From Planctomycetaceae bacterium (lineage in GTDB: Bacteria; Planctomycetota; UBA8742; UBA2392; JABWBM01): 64,000 bases of DNA. The stretch covers positions 42 to 64,041 of the forward strand of contig JABWBM010000011.1 in the NCBI GenBank assembly GCA_013360495.1, read 5' to 3'. The position numbers and the translations under genes were made by a program. Positions within the stretch are counted from its first letter, which is position 1. Every line of letters starts with the position of its first letter. Below, one piece after another: positions 18,809 to 26,766 of the stretch. The notes under the pieces were generated by a model. That model had not been told where the DNA came from, made no database searches, and worked only from the letters and a program-made list of their open reading frames with translations.

Positions 18809-19351
18809 ATGGCCCATGACGATGCCAGCCTCGTAAAGCGCACCCTCGGGGGCGACACAGCGGCATACCGCGAGTTGGTGGAGCGTTACCAGCGCGCGGT
18901 GTTCTCCTGCGCGTATCAACTGCTCGGCTCCCGCCATGACGCCGAGGAGGCGGCCCAGGAAGCCTTTGTGCAGGCTTTCGAAAAGCTCGACCGGCTGCGC
19001 GAGCCGCGCTATTTCTTCTCGTGGGTATGGCGCATTACGAGCACGGTGGCGTTGAAGTGGCGGCTCAAGCAGCGCCGCTCAGAGCTTGGCCTCGAAGCGG
19101 ATATGTTCGCGCGCGAACGTGAACAAGCGCCCGTGGAGCGGGAAGAGCAAAGACTCACTCTCTTGCAAGCTTTGGCGCAGTTGCCCGAAGAGCAACGCGA
19201 AGCCATCACGTTGCGCTTTTGGGAGGAGATGGATTACGCGCAAATGGGCAAGCTGCTCGGTATCAGCCATGACGCGCTCTACCAGCGTGTGTCGCGGGGA
19301 TTGAAGCAGCTTCGGGAACTCCTTGGGCAGGATTTCGTTGTACGAGAGTGA
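18809..19351 (+). CDS. RNA polymerase ECF-type sigma factor
   Basis: AEEAAQEAFVQAFEKLDRL, WVWRITSTVALKWRLKQ and region-4 HTH (EMDYAQMGKLLGISHDALYQRVSRGLKQLRE). Confidence 0.8.
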   Translation: MAHDDASLVKRTLGGDTAAYRELVERYQRAVFSCAYQLLGSRHDAEEAAQEAFVQAFEKLDRLREPRYFFSWVWRITSTVALKWRLKQRRSELGLEADMFAREREQAPVEREEQRLTLLQALAQLPEEQREAITLRFWEEMDYAQMGKLLGISHDALYQRVSRGLKQLRELLGQDFVVRE

Positions 19352-19589
19352 AGATTCACCACAGAGGCACGGAGAACACGGAGGAATACATTTCACGCAA
19401 AGAGAAAAAGATGGGAGAAAAGTGCGATCACGAAAGCGCGAAAGCTCGAAACATGATGGGGATTTTCAAATCTTGAGTTCGTGATTTTTCCATTTCGTGT
19501 TTTCGTGATCTCTTCTCCCTTCCGACTTCGCGCCTTTGCGTGCCAATCCTATTCTTTCTCTGCGTTCTCCGTGCCTCTGTGGTGAATCT
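19352..19589. repeat. MITE-like element family B (~240 bp nested palindrome)
   Basis: Termini attcaccacagaggcacggagaacac ... gttctccgtgcctctgtggtgaat. It fills the whole sigma to downstream-gene intergenic gap. Confidence 0.75.
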
Positions 19590-19598
19590 TGCAAAACC

Positions 19599-20576
19599 AT
19601 GAAGAAGACGCCGCCATTCGAGAAGGAACACGCAACGCTCGTTGAAGCGCTGCGCCGCACGAGGCTGAAGGGCCCCGACGAGCGCTTCGCCGACGGCGTG
19701 ATTGACCGCATCGACGCCGAGCACGGCGTGCGGAGCGAGCTTGAGTCATCCCAGCCCGAAGGCGGCAACGTCGCCAGCCGCGTAATGGCGCGAATTCGCG
19801 GTGATGGCACAAGCCGCGCCCCTTCGCGCAAGCATGGACGCCGGGCGCCGCGGTGGTTCCTGCCCCTCGGTGGAGCTATCGCGGCTGGGCTCGCCATCGC
19901 CGTACTATTCACACCGATGCGGGACTGGTTGAGAGATAGTGGCGCTCAAGTCGTACCCAATGACCCGGCGCCGCCCTCAGCTTTGCAACCCGCTTCTCCG
20001 ATGCCGTCGGGACAGATCCGTTCCGTGCGCGACTTTGGCGGCGAGCGCTGCTATGTCATCGACGCCGGACTTGTCGAAGGACTGCGCGTGGGCGATGTGC
20101 TCGCATGGGAGCGCGACGGGCAGCGGGCGGGCCAGCTTCGTGTCATCGGTGTGAGCGCCTACGCCGCGATTACGAGGCAGGAAGGGCGCTCGGAACGTGA
20201 GCCTCAGCCTCGCGACCACGTTGAACCCCTCTTCCTGACGGATGTCATGCGCCGCGCCGCCAAGGAGATCGAATCTGGCAGTCAGGCCCGTGGCGCGTTC
20301 TACGGTCTCGGCATCATGCTCGCGCGGGGAACCGACGGTATCGTCGTCATGGACGTTGTGCGCGAGCTTTGGCGGCCAGAGGATTCCGCGCCCGAGCCGT
20401 CGCGGGCAAGCAGGCTTGGCCTCGAAGTGGGGGACGTGATCCGCGCGGCGCTTGGCGAGCGGGTCGCGAGCGAAGCGGATCTCGAACGGATTCTTCTGCG
20501 CGTCGATCCTGACGCGACGGTGCTGACGATGACCGTGCTTCGTGACGGGCATGAACTCGCGCTCACCGAACGGTAG
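19599..20576 (+). CDS. membrane protein with C-terminal PDZ-like domain (putative anti-sigma/regulatory partner of the upstream ECF sigma)
   Basis: Single TM (WFLPLGGAIAAGLAIAVLF) and a PDZ-like GLEVGDVIRAALGERV...VLTMTVLRDGHELALTE. Chosen over the arginine-rich antisense ORF 19977..20741. Confidence 0.45.
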   Translation: MKKTPPFEKEHATLVEALRRTRLKGPDERFADGVIDRIDAEHGVRSELESSQPEGGNVASRVMARIRGDGTSRAPSRKHGRRAPRWFLPLGGAIAAGLAIAVLFTPMRDWLRDSGAQVVPNDPAPPSALQPASPMPSGQIRSVRDFGGERCYVIDAGLVEGLRVGDVLAWERDGQRAGQLRVIGVSAYAAITRQEGRSEREPQPRDHVEPLFLTDVMRRAAKEIESGSQARGAFYGLGIMLARGTDGIVVMDVVRELWRPEDSAPEPSRASRLGLEVGDVIRAALGERVASEADLERILLRVDPDATVLTMTVLRDGHELALTER

Positions 20577-20612
20577 AGAGTCTTTCACCGCAGACGCGGG
20601 GAACGCAACGGG

Positions 20613-20667
20613 ATTCAAAAGCTGATTTCGAAGGCGATGAGCCAGCCGCGCATGGTGAAACCGAGGC
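20613..20667. repeat. 55-bp direct repeat copy 1 (duplicate of the 3' end of OMP gene 21347..22141)
   Basis: 51/55 identity with 21347..21401. It encodes ...GFTMRGWLIAFEISF* as a gene remnant. Confidence 0.8.
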
Positions 20668-20679
20668 GGCTTACTTTGA

Positions 20680-21036
20680 TCATCGCACGCGAATCCTTTG
20701 CGGTTCGACAATAACCAGCGAGCCGTCGAGCCGGCGGACAATGTCGCGGTGCTTCAACAGGTCTCGAAGCATTGCCAGCACTTTTGCTCGATTGGCATGA
20801 ACCGGGCATACGAGGATAACGATTCCTGCATACTTCTTCGGAGGATACTGGCGAATGTCGGCGAAATCCCAATCGCGCGTCACAAGACACAACGAATGCC
20901 GTTTGGCGTAAGCGGCGATCATCTCATCGGGTGCGGTTCCCAAACCAATGTCGCGCACGTCAGCAGTTTCATGTTTTGCTCGCTGAAGAACCTCAGCTAC
21001 AGACCGAGGCAGGCTGGCGTCGATCAGGAATTTCAT
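20680..21036 (-). CDS. DUF5615-type PIN-like putative toxin
   Basis: MKFLIDASLPRSVAEVLQRAKHETADVRDIGLGTAPDEMIAAYA...LVTRDWDFADI matches the DUF5615 pattern (LxDENL...RDxGLxxAxDxEI...LVTxDxDF). Confidence 0.65.
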   Translation of the reverse strand: MKFLIDASLPRSVAEVLQRAKHETADVRDIGLGTAPDEMIAAYAKRHSLCLVTRDWDFADIRQYPPKKYAGIVILVCPVHANRAKVLAMLRDLLKHRDIVRRLDGSLVIVEPQRIRVR

Positions 21037-21039
21037 GGG

Positions 21040-21285
21040 CTAACCGGTGGAGCGGCTGCCGGGGAAGTGCTGCTCACCGGAAACAAGCTCGCTGGCGTAT
21101 GCGACAGCAGCGCGAATGTCCGCTTCGGTAATGTCATAATCCTTGGCGATAGCCGCAATCGAGTCGCCGCCCGCGAGGGCGTCGAGAACGACATGCACAA
21201 GCACGCGCGTACCTTTGATCACCGGCTTGCCGTGGCAAACGGCGGGATCGATGCTGATGCGTTTGTGGAGGGTGCTGGTAGCCAT
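21040..21285 (-). CDS. DUF433-domain putative antitoxin
   Basis: ISIDPAVCHGKPVIKGTRVLVHVVLDALAGGDSIAAIAKDYDITEADIRAAVAYASELV matches the DUF433 consensus. 3-bp gap to the DUF5615 gene. Confidence 0.65.
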   Translation of the reverse strand: MATSTLHKRISIDPAVCHGKPVIKGTRVLVHVVLDALAGGDSIAAIAKDYDITEADIRAAVAYASELVSGEQHFPGSRSTG

Positions 21286-21346
21286 TGGCTTTCCTCGCCG
21301 TGCAGTATATCACGCTTGTGTACGTCCGGCCATTGGCGCAGCCAAT

Positions 21347-22141
21347 TCAAAAGCTGATTTCAAAGCCGATCAGCCAGCCGCGCATGGTGAATCCGAGGCC
21401 GTGTTGGTAGCGAAAGCCGACGGAGATGGCGACGGGCGAGATTGGCTTTGGGATATTGATCGAGGCGTCGAACTCGTCGAAACGGTCGCCATTGGAATAT
21501 ACCTCTTGCGCGGCGCACGCGGAAAGTTCCGCCAAGACCGCTCCAAATCTTCCGTGGGTTTCGATTCGAAAGCCTTCATCTCTATCGGCGTTGCCGACAT
21601 CGTGAACCTCTGTGAATCCTCCAGCAACGCCGAAATTGAAGAACAATACGGAAGCTCGCCTCAATACAGGCGTGAGTGTTCCGGAATGCAGTGCTACTCC
21701 CCAGTAGTCCAAACCGAAGGTCAGGACATGATGGTGGCCTTCTTTGCTGGACGACGCGTAGGAGAACCGGTCTTGGACATAGCGAAGCGTTGGCGATATT
21801 CCCTCGCCGCTCGCCCAATCAACGCCGGTCACGAATGGAAGTTGTAACGCGGCTGACCATGTGCGGTAGCGCGCATTGTTTTCGGCTTGGTTGTCTCCAC
21901 TTGCGTAGCGGAAATCGAATCCTGGAAAGAGAATATCGCCCGATGAAACGTAGGTTGTTTCAAAGAGAGAGGGAGTCTCGTCCGGGTTGGGCGTTTCCTC
22001 TGACACTGGCTGATCCGCTGACAGAGGCGACGCCGCAATTATCGCAATCAACGCGATGATCCACGCATGAAACGTGCTTTGCATAGGGACTCCTTGATGG
22101 CACCAAGCCCGCCAAGGGCTCGCCATCAATGAATCCCACAA
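21347..22141 (-). CDS. outer-membrane beta-barrel protein (hypothetical)
   Basis: Signal peptide (IIALIAIIAASPLSA), alternating amphipathic strands, and C-terminal GWLIGFEISF with terminal Phe. Confidence 0.5.
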   Translation of the reverse strand: MWDSLMASPWRAWCHQGVPMQSTFHAWIIALIAIIAASPLSADQPVSEETPNPDETPSLFETTYVSSGDILFPGFDFRYASGDNQAENNARYRTWSAALQLPFVTGVDWASGEGISPTLRYVQDRFSYASSSKEGHHHVLTFGLDYWGVALHSGTLTPVLRRASVLFFNFGVAGGFTEVHDVGNADRDEGFRIETHGRFGAVLAELSACAAQEVYSNGDRFDEFDASINIPKPISPVAISVGFRYQHGLGFTMRGWLIGFEISF

Positions 22142-22177
22142 GATTGAAAAAGGCGCCGGAGAAAAGGGGCTAATTAT

Positions 22178-22642
22178 TCATTTTGGCTCTAAGAGAATGA
22201 CATTTCCTGTACCTTCAGAAGTGGTCACAATCGAATCATATTTGACCGATGACCAAGGAATTTCGAATCCTGATGCGTGAGGTGGTCGGACGGACAACAC
22301 GCTTTCATCTACATGGATTGTGAGAAGAGCGATCTCAACGTCTATTTCGTCCAATGTTAAGCGCCCCTTCCATCCCTTCATGCCTTCGAACAAAATGGGC
22401 TTTCCTTTGAACGTTAACTCAGTTCCATTCTCTACGGTTCTTACCGAGTTTACGGCCTTGTCTTCATAGATCGACCAAGTGACCGCAGCGGCCTGTGTGG
22501 TGGTTTCGCGAACATCAACCATGGCACGCATACTATTGCACGCGCTGCACCAGACAGTGGCAGCAATTGCAAGCAGTGCTATTCGTGCATGAATACTCAT
22601 GATGTTGTTAGCGCTATCTCTCTTCGTGCCTTGGTGGTTCAA
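22178..22642 (-). CDS. small secreted/lipoprotein (hypothetical), low-GC (~45%)
   Basis: Signal peptide with Cys (IALLAIAATVWCSACNS). Composition is clearly AT-richer than the flanks. Confidence 0.4.
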   Translation of the reverse strand: MNHQGTKRDSANNIMSIHARIALLAIAATVWCSACNSMRAMVDVRETTTQAAAVTWSIYEDKAVNSVRTVENGTELTFKGKPILFEGMKGWKGRLTLDEIDVEIALLTIHVDESVLSVRPPHASGFEIPWSSVKYDSIVTTSEGTGNVILLEPK

Positions 22643-22645
22643 AAT

Positions 22646-22753
22646 TCTGGATTCCGGCTTTTACCGGAATGACACGTTGCATTGTTCTGTATTTCTCTGC
22701 GTCCTTTGCGCCTTTGCGGTGAAAAAACTGGATTCCCGCCTGCGCGGGAATGA
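22646..22753. repeat. composite repeat: two MITE-A hairpin units in direct orientation flanking a MITE-B arm fragment
   Basis: ctggattccggcttttaccggaatgac ... tttctctgcgtcctttgcgcctttgcggtgaaaaaa ... ctggattcccgcctgcgcgggaatgac. Confidence 0.75.
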
Positions 22754-22755
22754 CA

Positions 22756-24801
22756 TCAATACGCCAGCACCTTCTTCACCGCGTCGAAGACGATCTTTTC
22801 GTTTGGCTGCATGGCTGCTTCGAGGGTCTTGTTGAACGGGACGGGGATATATTTCTGGCCAACGCGTTCCACGGGCGCGTCGAGGTACTCGAAGCACTCG
22901 TGCATGATCTGCGCCACGATCTCACCGCCGAAGCCGGAGAACACCTTGTCTTCATGAACGACGAGCGCGCGGCTGGTCTTGCAGGCGGATTTGACGATGG
23001 CGCCGGTGTCGAGTGGGTTGAGGCTGCGCACGTCCAAAACCTCGACGGAAATGTTTTCCTTCTCCGCCATTTCGGCCGCCTTCATGGACCACATCACGCC
23101 GCTGCCGTAGGTGATGATGGAGATGTCGTTGCCTTCCTTGCGCAGGCGCGCCTTGCCGAAGGGAACGACGAAGTCTTCCGCGACTTTGCAGCGCGTGAAG
23201 GGATGGTTGTACATCGCCTTCGGTTCGAGATAGAGAATCGCGCCCTGAGAACGCATGGCCGTACGCATCAGTCCGGCTGCGTCGTCGGCGTAGCACGGCG
23301 TCACCACGCGCAGGCCGGGGATGCTGGTGAAAATCGCTTCGAGGTTCTGGCTATGGTAGAGGCCGCCGCCAATGTTACCGCCTGAAGCGAGGCGCAGGAT
23401 CACGTTGGGCGAGAATTGGCCATAGGTGCGCCAGTATTCGTGGGAAAGTTCGATGATCTGGTCCATAGCGGGCCAGACGTAATCGGCGAATTCCGCGGCT
23501 TCCACGACGACGCGAATCTTCTGGTCGAAGCGCGAGAAACCATTGGCGGTGCCGACGATATAGTTCTCGGCGATCGGGGCGTTGAACACGCGCTTGTTGC
23601 CGAACTCGTGCTGCATACCGTCGGAGACCTTGAAGATGCCTTCCTTCTCGCCGCTCGCCATGTCCTGCCCCCACATGAAGGTGTCGGGGTTGCGGCGGAA
23701 CTCGGTTTTGAGCGCCTGATTGATGCCTTGACGCAGCGTGCAGACCTCGCCGGTATCAGAGGCTGGAATGCCCTCCGGGTTTTCTGTGCATGGATAGGCC
23801 GGCGGCAGCAGGTGATCCTCGACGGTGGAGATGTCGGCGATGGGCGCCGCGCTGCCGTATTCGACTGCGGCGTTGAATTCCTTCTCAGCGTCGGCTTCGA
23901 TTTCCTTGAGTTGAGATTCGGTGGCCAGCTTTTCTTTGAGAAGGAAATTGCGGAAGATGGGGAGCGGGTCGCGCTTCTTGGCTTCCTCAAGCTCCTTTTC
24001 GCTGCGGTAGAGTGTGTGGTTATCGGAGTTCGAATGCGGGCCGATGCGCGCGCACATGGCGTAGACGATGGCGCAGCCTTCGCCTGCGCTGACGAAATCC
24101 ACGGCGGCCTGCATGGAACGGAAGCAGGCGAAGACGTCGCGCCCGTCGCAAATCTCGATGTGCAGGTTGCCGATGCCGCGGTAGTTCTCGGCGAGGATTT
24201 CGTTGGCGCTTTGTTCGCGCTTGGGCACGCCGATGCCGTAGCCATTGTCCTGCATGACGAAGACGACGGGGAGTTTCTCGCGCGAGCTGCCATTAATCGC
24301 CTCGAAGACGTAGCCCTCGGAACTTGAGGACTCGCCAAAGCTCGCGTAGGCGATGGCGTCGCTCTTGTAATACTTGGCGGCGCGGGCAACTCCGGCGGCG
24401 TGCTGCGCGTGGTTGGATACACAGCTCGATACGTTTTGGATATTGATCGCGGGTTTAGCGAAGTGGTTCGACATGTGGCGGCCCTTGCCGGCCACGTCTT
24501 CCTCGCGCGACAATCCGTTCAGGATGATTTCCTTCGCCGTGAGGCCCGCAGCCAACGACGTGACCAGGTCGCGGTAATATGGGAAGAGATAGTCCTTGCC
24601 TTGGCGGAAGGTGCAGCCGAGCGCCACCTGAATGGCGTCGTGGCCCGCGCATGGGGCGTGGTAGGACCAGCCCATGTTTTTGCGCAGGAAGTTCGGCGCC
24701 TCCTCGTCAAGCAGGCGGCCGAGGTACATCAGGCGGTAGACCTGCTCATGGCCGGGGTAACGTTCGCTGGGGACTTCAAGCGTCGCGGTTTTCTGTTTCA
24801 T
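22756..24801 (-). CDS. 2-oxoacid dehydrogenase E1 component, fused alpha (TPP-binding) and beta (transketolase-like) subunits
   Basis: TPP motif GESSSSEGYVFEAINGS...VFVMQDNGYGI in the N-terminal half and E1-beta pyrimidine/transketolase C-terminal domains in the second half. ATG at 24801, because the longer ORF runs into a repeat. Confidence 0.8.
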   Translation of the reverse strand: MKQKTATLEVPSERYPGHEQVYRLMYLGRLLDEEAPNFLRKNMGWSYHAPCAGHDAIQVALGCTFRQGKDYLFPYYRDLVTSLAAGLTAKEIILNGLSREEDVAGKGRHMSNHFAKPAINIQNVSSCVSNHAQHAAGVARAAKYYKSDAIAYASFGESSSSEGYVFEAINGSSREKLPVVFVMQDNGYGIGVPKREQSANEILAENYRGIGNLHIEICDGRDVFACFRSMQAAVDFVSAGEGCAIVYAMCARIGPHSNSDNHTLYRSEKELEEAKKRDPLPIFRNFLLKEKLATESQLKEIEADAEKEFNAAVEYGSAAPIADISTVEDHLLPPAYPCTENPEGIPASDTGEVCTLRQGINQALKTEFRRNPDTFMWGQDMASGEKEGIFKVSDGMQHEFGNKRVFNAPIAENYIVGTANGFSRFDQKIRVVVEAAEFADYVWPAMDQIIELSHEYWRTYGQFSPNVILRLASGGNIGGGLYHSQNLEAIFTSIPGLRVVTPCYADDAAGLMRTAMRSQGAILYLEPKAMYNHPFTRCKVAEDFVVPFGKARLRKEGNDISIITYGSGVMWSMKAAEMAEKENISVEVLDVRSLNPLDTGAIVKSACKTSRALVVHEDKVFSGFGGEIVAQIMHECFEYLDAPVERVGQKYIPVPFNKTLEAAMQPNEKIVFDAVKKVLAY

Positions 24802-24837
24802 AGTGTTGCACCGTAAACCGTGTTGCACCGTCAACCA

Positions 24838-24874
24838 AAGACGTAGCGTCACGCGCCCTCGCGTGACGGTCTTC
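24838..24874. repeat. MITE family C single hairpin unit
   Basis: aagacgtagcgtcacgcgccctcgcgtgacggtcttc. Confidence 0.7.
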
Positions 24875-25008
24875 TCCAGCACAGCTGTTTGCCACGACGC
24901 CATGCAGGGGCGCATGGCGCTACGGCGATATGCTGTGAGTCAGCCGAGCAGTTTACTTGCGCAGCGCGTTTTGGGGAATTGAAAACGGCGGGTATGAGAC
25001 GTGAAAAA

Positions 25009-25017
25009 TGCTATAAT
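25009..25017 (+). promoter_or_regulatory. extended -10 promoter element (TGcTATAAT) upstream of the NTase-fold gene
   Basis: atgctataat, then GGAGG RBS at 25027-25031, then ATG at 25038. Confidence 0.35.
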
Positions 25018-25037
25018 AGCTTGTTGGAGGCATTATC

Positions 25038-25628
25038 ATGGCCTTGCCCCATTTGGCTCTACCCAAGTCACGGCACGAGCGCGAAACCATGGCTGGAGAC
25101 ATCGCCGAGGACGTTGCGCGGCTTGCCGCCACGAGAGGCGTCAAGCTGGTGTTGATCGGCGCCCATGCCGCGAATCTGTATACGGGGAAGCCGCGCTCGA
25201 GCAAGGACGTGGATTTTATCGCAGACAAACCTGAGGCGCTCGGCGAACTTGAGGGCCTGAAACGCGAACTTCACGACGACGTCGTTCGCTACGTGGATGA
25301 AAACGGTCACGAAGTCATCGACTTACTCAGGCCTCATCCGCCATTGTTCAAGCATGTCCTGAGTACAACAACGCAACACGGACCATTTTTTGTTCCGAGT
25401 CTCGAGATGATGCTCGGCTTGAAATTCTTCGCCATGGTCAATCCGCGCAGAGAATGGGAAGACCGGAATCAGGACGCCCTCGATTTCACGCGCATCGTGC
25501 GTCATAACAAGACCAGCCTTGACCGGAAGGCGGTCGCTGCCATTGGCGAGCTGGTCTATGCGGGCGGCGCTGATGAAATGCTTGGCTATGTCGACGACGC
25601 CCTTGCCGGTCGGCAGATCATTCTCTAG
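25038..25628 (+). CDS. nucleotidyltransferase-fold protein (minimal NTase, AbiEii/MNT-like), orphan
   Basis: hG[GS]...DhD signature (LIGAHAANLYTGKPRSSKDVDFI). No adjacent HEPN or partner ORF. Confidence 0.4.
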   Translation: MALPHLALPKSRHERETMAGDIAEDVARLAATRGVKLVLIGAHAANLYTGKPRSSKDVDFIADKPEALGELEGLKRELHDDVVRYVDENGHEVIDLLRPHPPLFKHVLSTTTQHGPFFVPSLEMMLGLKFFAMVNPRREWEDRNQDALDFTRIVRHNKTSLDRKAVAAIGELVYAGGADEMLGYVDDALAGRQIIL

Positions 25629-25732
25629 AGCTGCCGAAACAGGGGCGCGGCCGCTCTCATTCCGAAATTCCGTTGCCACCCGCCCGCGCCAAACGAGAAT
25701 AGGCGCACAATTTCAAACGGGAGTGGGAACAT

Positions 25733-26764
25733 ATGAGCAGCAAGACCATCGAAGTCACGGAACTCATGGGCGACGGCATCGGGCCGGAGCTCTCGCAGGC
25801 GATCCATCAGGTGGCCGAGGCACTGCCCCTCAAGTTCAAGTTCGAGCAGATCGACTGGTCGGTGGAGAATCGCGAGGCCCACGGCGACAAGATCGTCGAG
25901 GAGGGCTGCCGCTCGATGCTGCGCACGAAACTCGCGCTCAAGTATCCCACCGAGACGCGAACCAAAAGCCCCAACGCGCTGCTGCGTCGCTTTTGTAATT
26001 TCAGTGTGATCTACCGCCCGGCGATTTCCATCAAGGGCATATCGTCGAACTTCAAGCCCGACGTGAACCTGCATATCGTACGCGTGGCGACGGGCGGCAC
26101 CTACGACGATCCAGGCCGTATGATCGGCGACGACGGCGCGGTCTCCCTGCGAATCGTCGAGCGCAAGCCCTGCGAGCACGCCGCGACCTTTGCCTTTGAA
26201 CTCGCGAAGAAGAAGGGCTGGAAGATGACCTCCAGTTCCAAGCACACCATCCAGCGCGGCACCGACGGCCTGTTCGAATCCATCGTCAACGAGACTCACA
26301 AGAAGTATGCGGACGTGCCTCACGACATCGAACTCTTTGATGCATTGCTGGCCAAGATCATCATCAAGCCGCAGAACTACCGCGTGGTGCTCGTGCTCAA
26401 CGAGTACGGCGACTTCCTTTCCGATATGGCGTCGGGCCTCGTGGGCAGCATCGGCACCGGGGCGAGCGGCAACTACGGCTTCGATAAGGAGCACAAGATC
26501 AACGTCGCCATGTTCGACCCGTCGGGCGGCACAGCCCCCGACATCGCGGGCAAAAATCTCGTCAACCCGGCAGCAATCTTCCTCGCGATGGGCATGTTGC
26601 TCGACCACATCGATCGCTATGACCTCGGCCATGCGCTGCGGCTTTCGCTGCTTGGCTGCATCGAGCGCGGCGAGTGTACCGGAGACATCGGCGGCAAGAT
26701 GAGTTGTACGCAGTTCACGGATGCGGTGATCAAACACCTGCCGGAGCATTTGCCGAAGAAGTAA
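25733..26764 (+). CDS. isocitrate/isopropylmalate dehydrogenase-family NAD(P)-dependent dehydrogenase
   Basis: NEYGDFLSDMASGLVGSIGTGASGNYG and GGTAPDIAGKNLVNPAAIFLAMGMLLDH motifs. Confidence 0.8.
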   Translation: MSSKTIEVTELMGDGIGPELSQAIHQVAEALPLKFKFEQIDWSVENREAHGDKIVEEGCRSMLRTKLALKYPTETRTKSPNALLRRFCNFSVIYRPAISIKGISSNFKPDVNLHIVRVATGGTYDDPGRMIGDDGAVSLRIVERKPCEHAATFAFELAKKKGWKMTSSSKHTIQRGTDGLFESIVNETHKKYADVPHDIELFDALLAKIIIKPQNYRVVLVLNEYGDFLSDMASGLVGSIGTGASGNYGFDKEHKINVAMFDPSGGTAPDIAGKNLVNPAAIFLAMGMLLDHIDRYDLGHALRLSLLGCIERGECTGDIGGKMSCTQFTDAVIKHLPEHLPKK

Positions 26765-26766
26765 GG

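Noticed and set aside
19977-20741. 254-aa minus-strand ORF
   Set aside because: Arginine-rich low-complexity antisense translation. The plus-strand TM+PDZ protein is more protein-like.
23400-24422. 340-aa minus-strand alternative-frame ORF within the E1 gene
   Set aside because: Ser/Arg/Pro-rich out-of-frame artefact. The E1 frame carries the TPP motif.
25625-26749. 374-aa minus-strand ORF
   Set aside because: Antisense to the IDH-family gene, which has strong conserved motifs.
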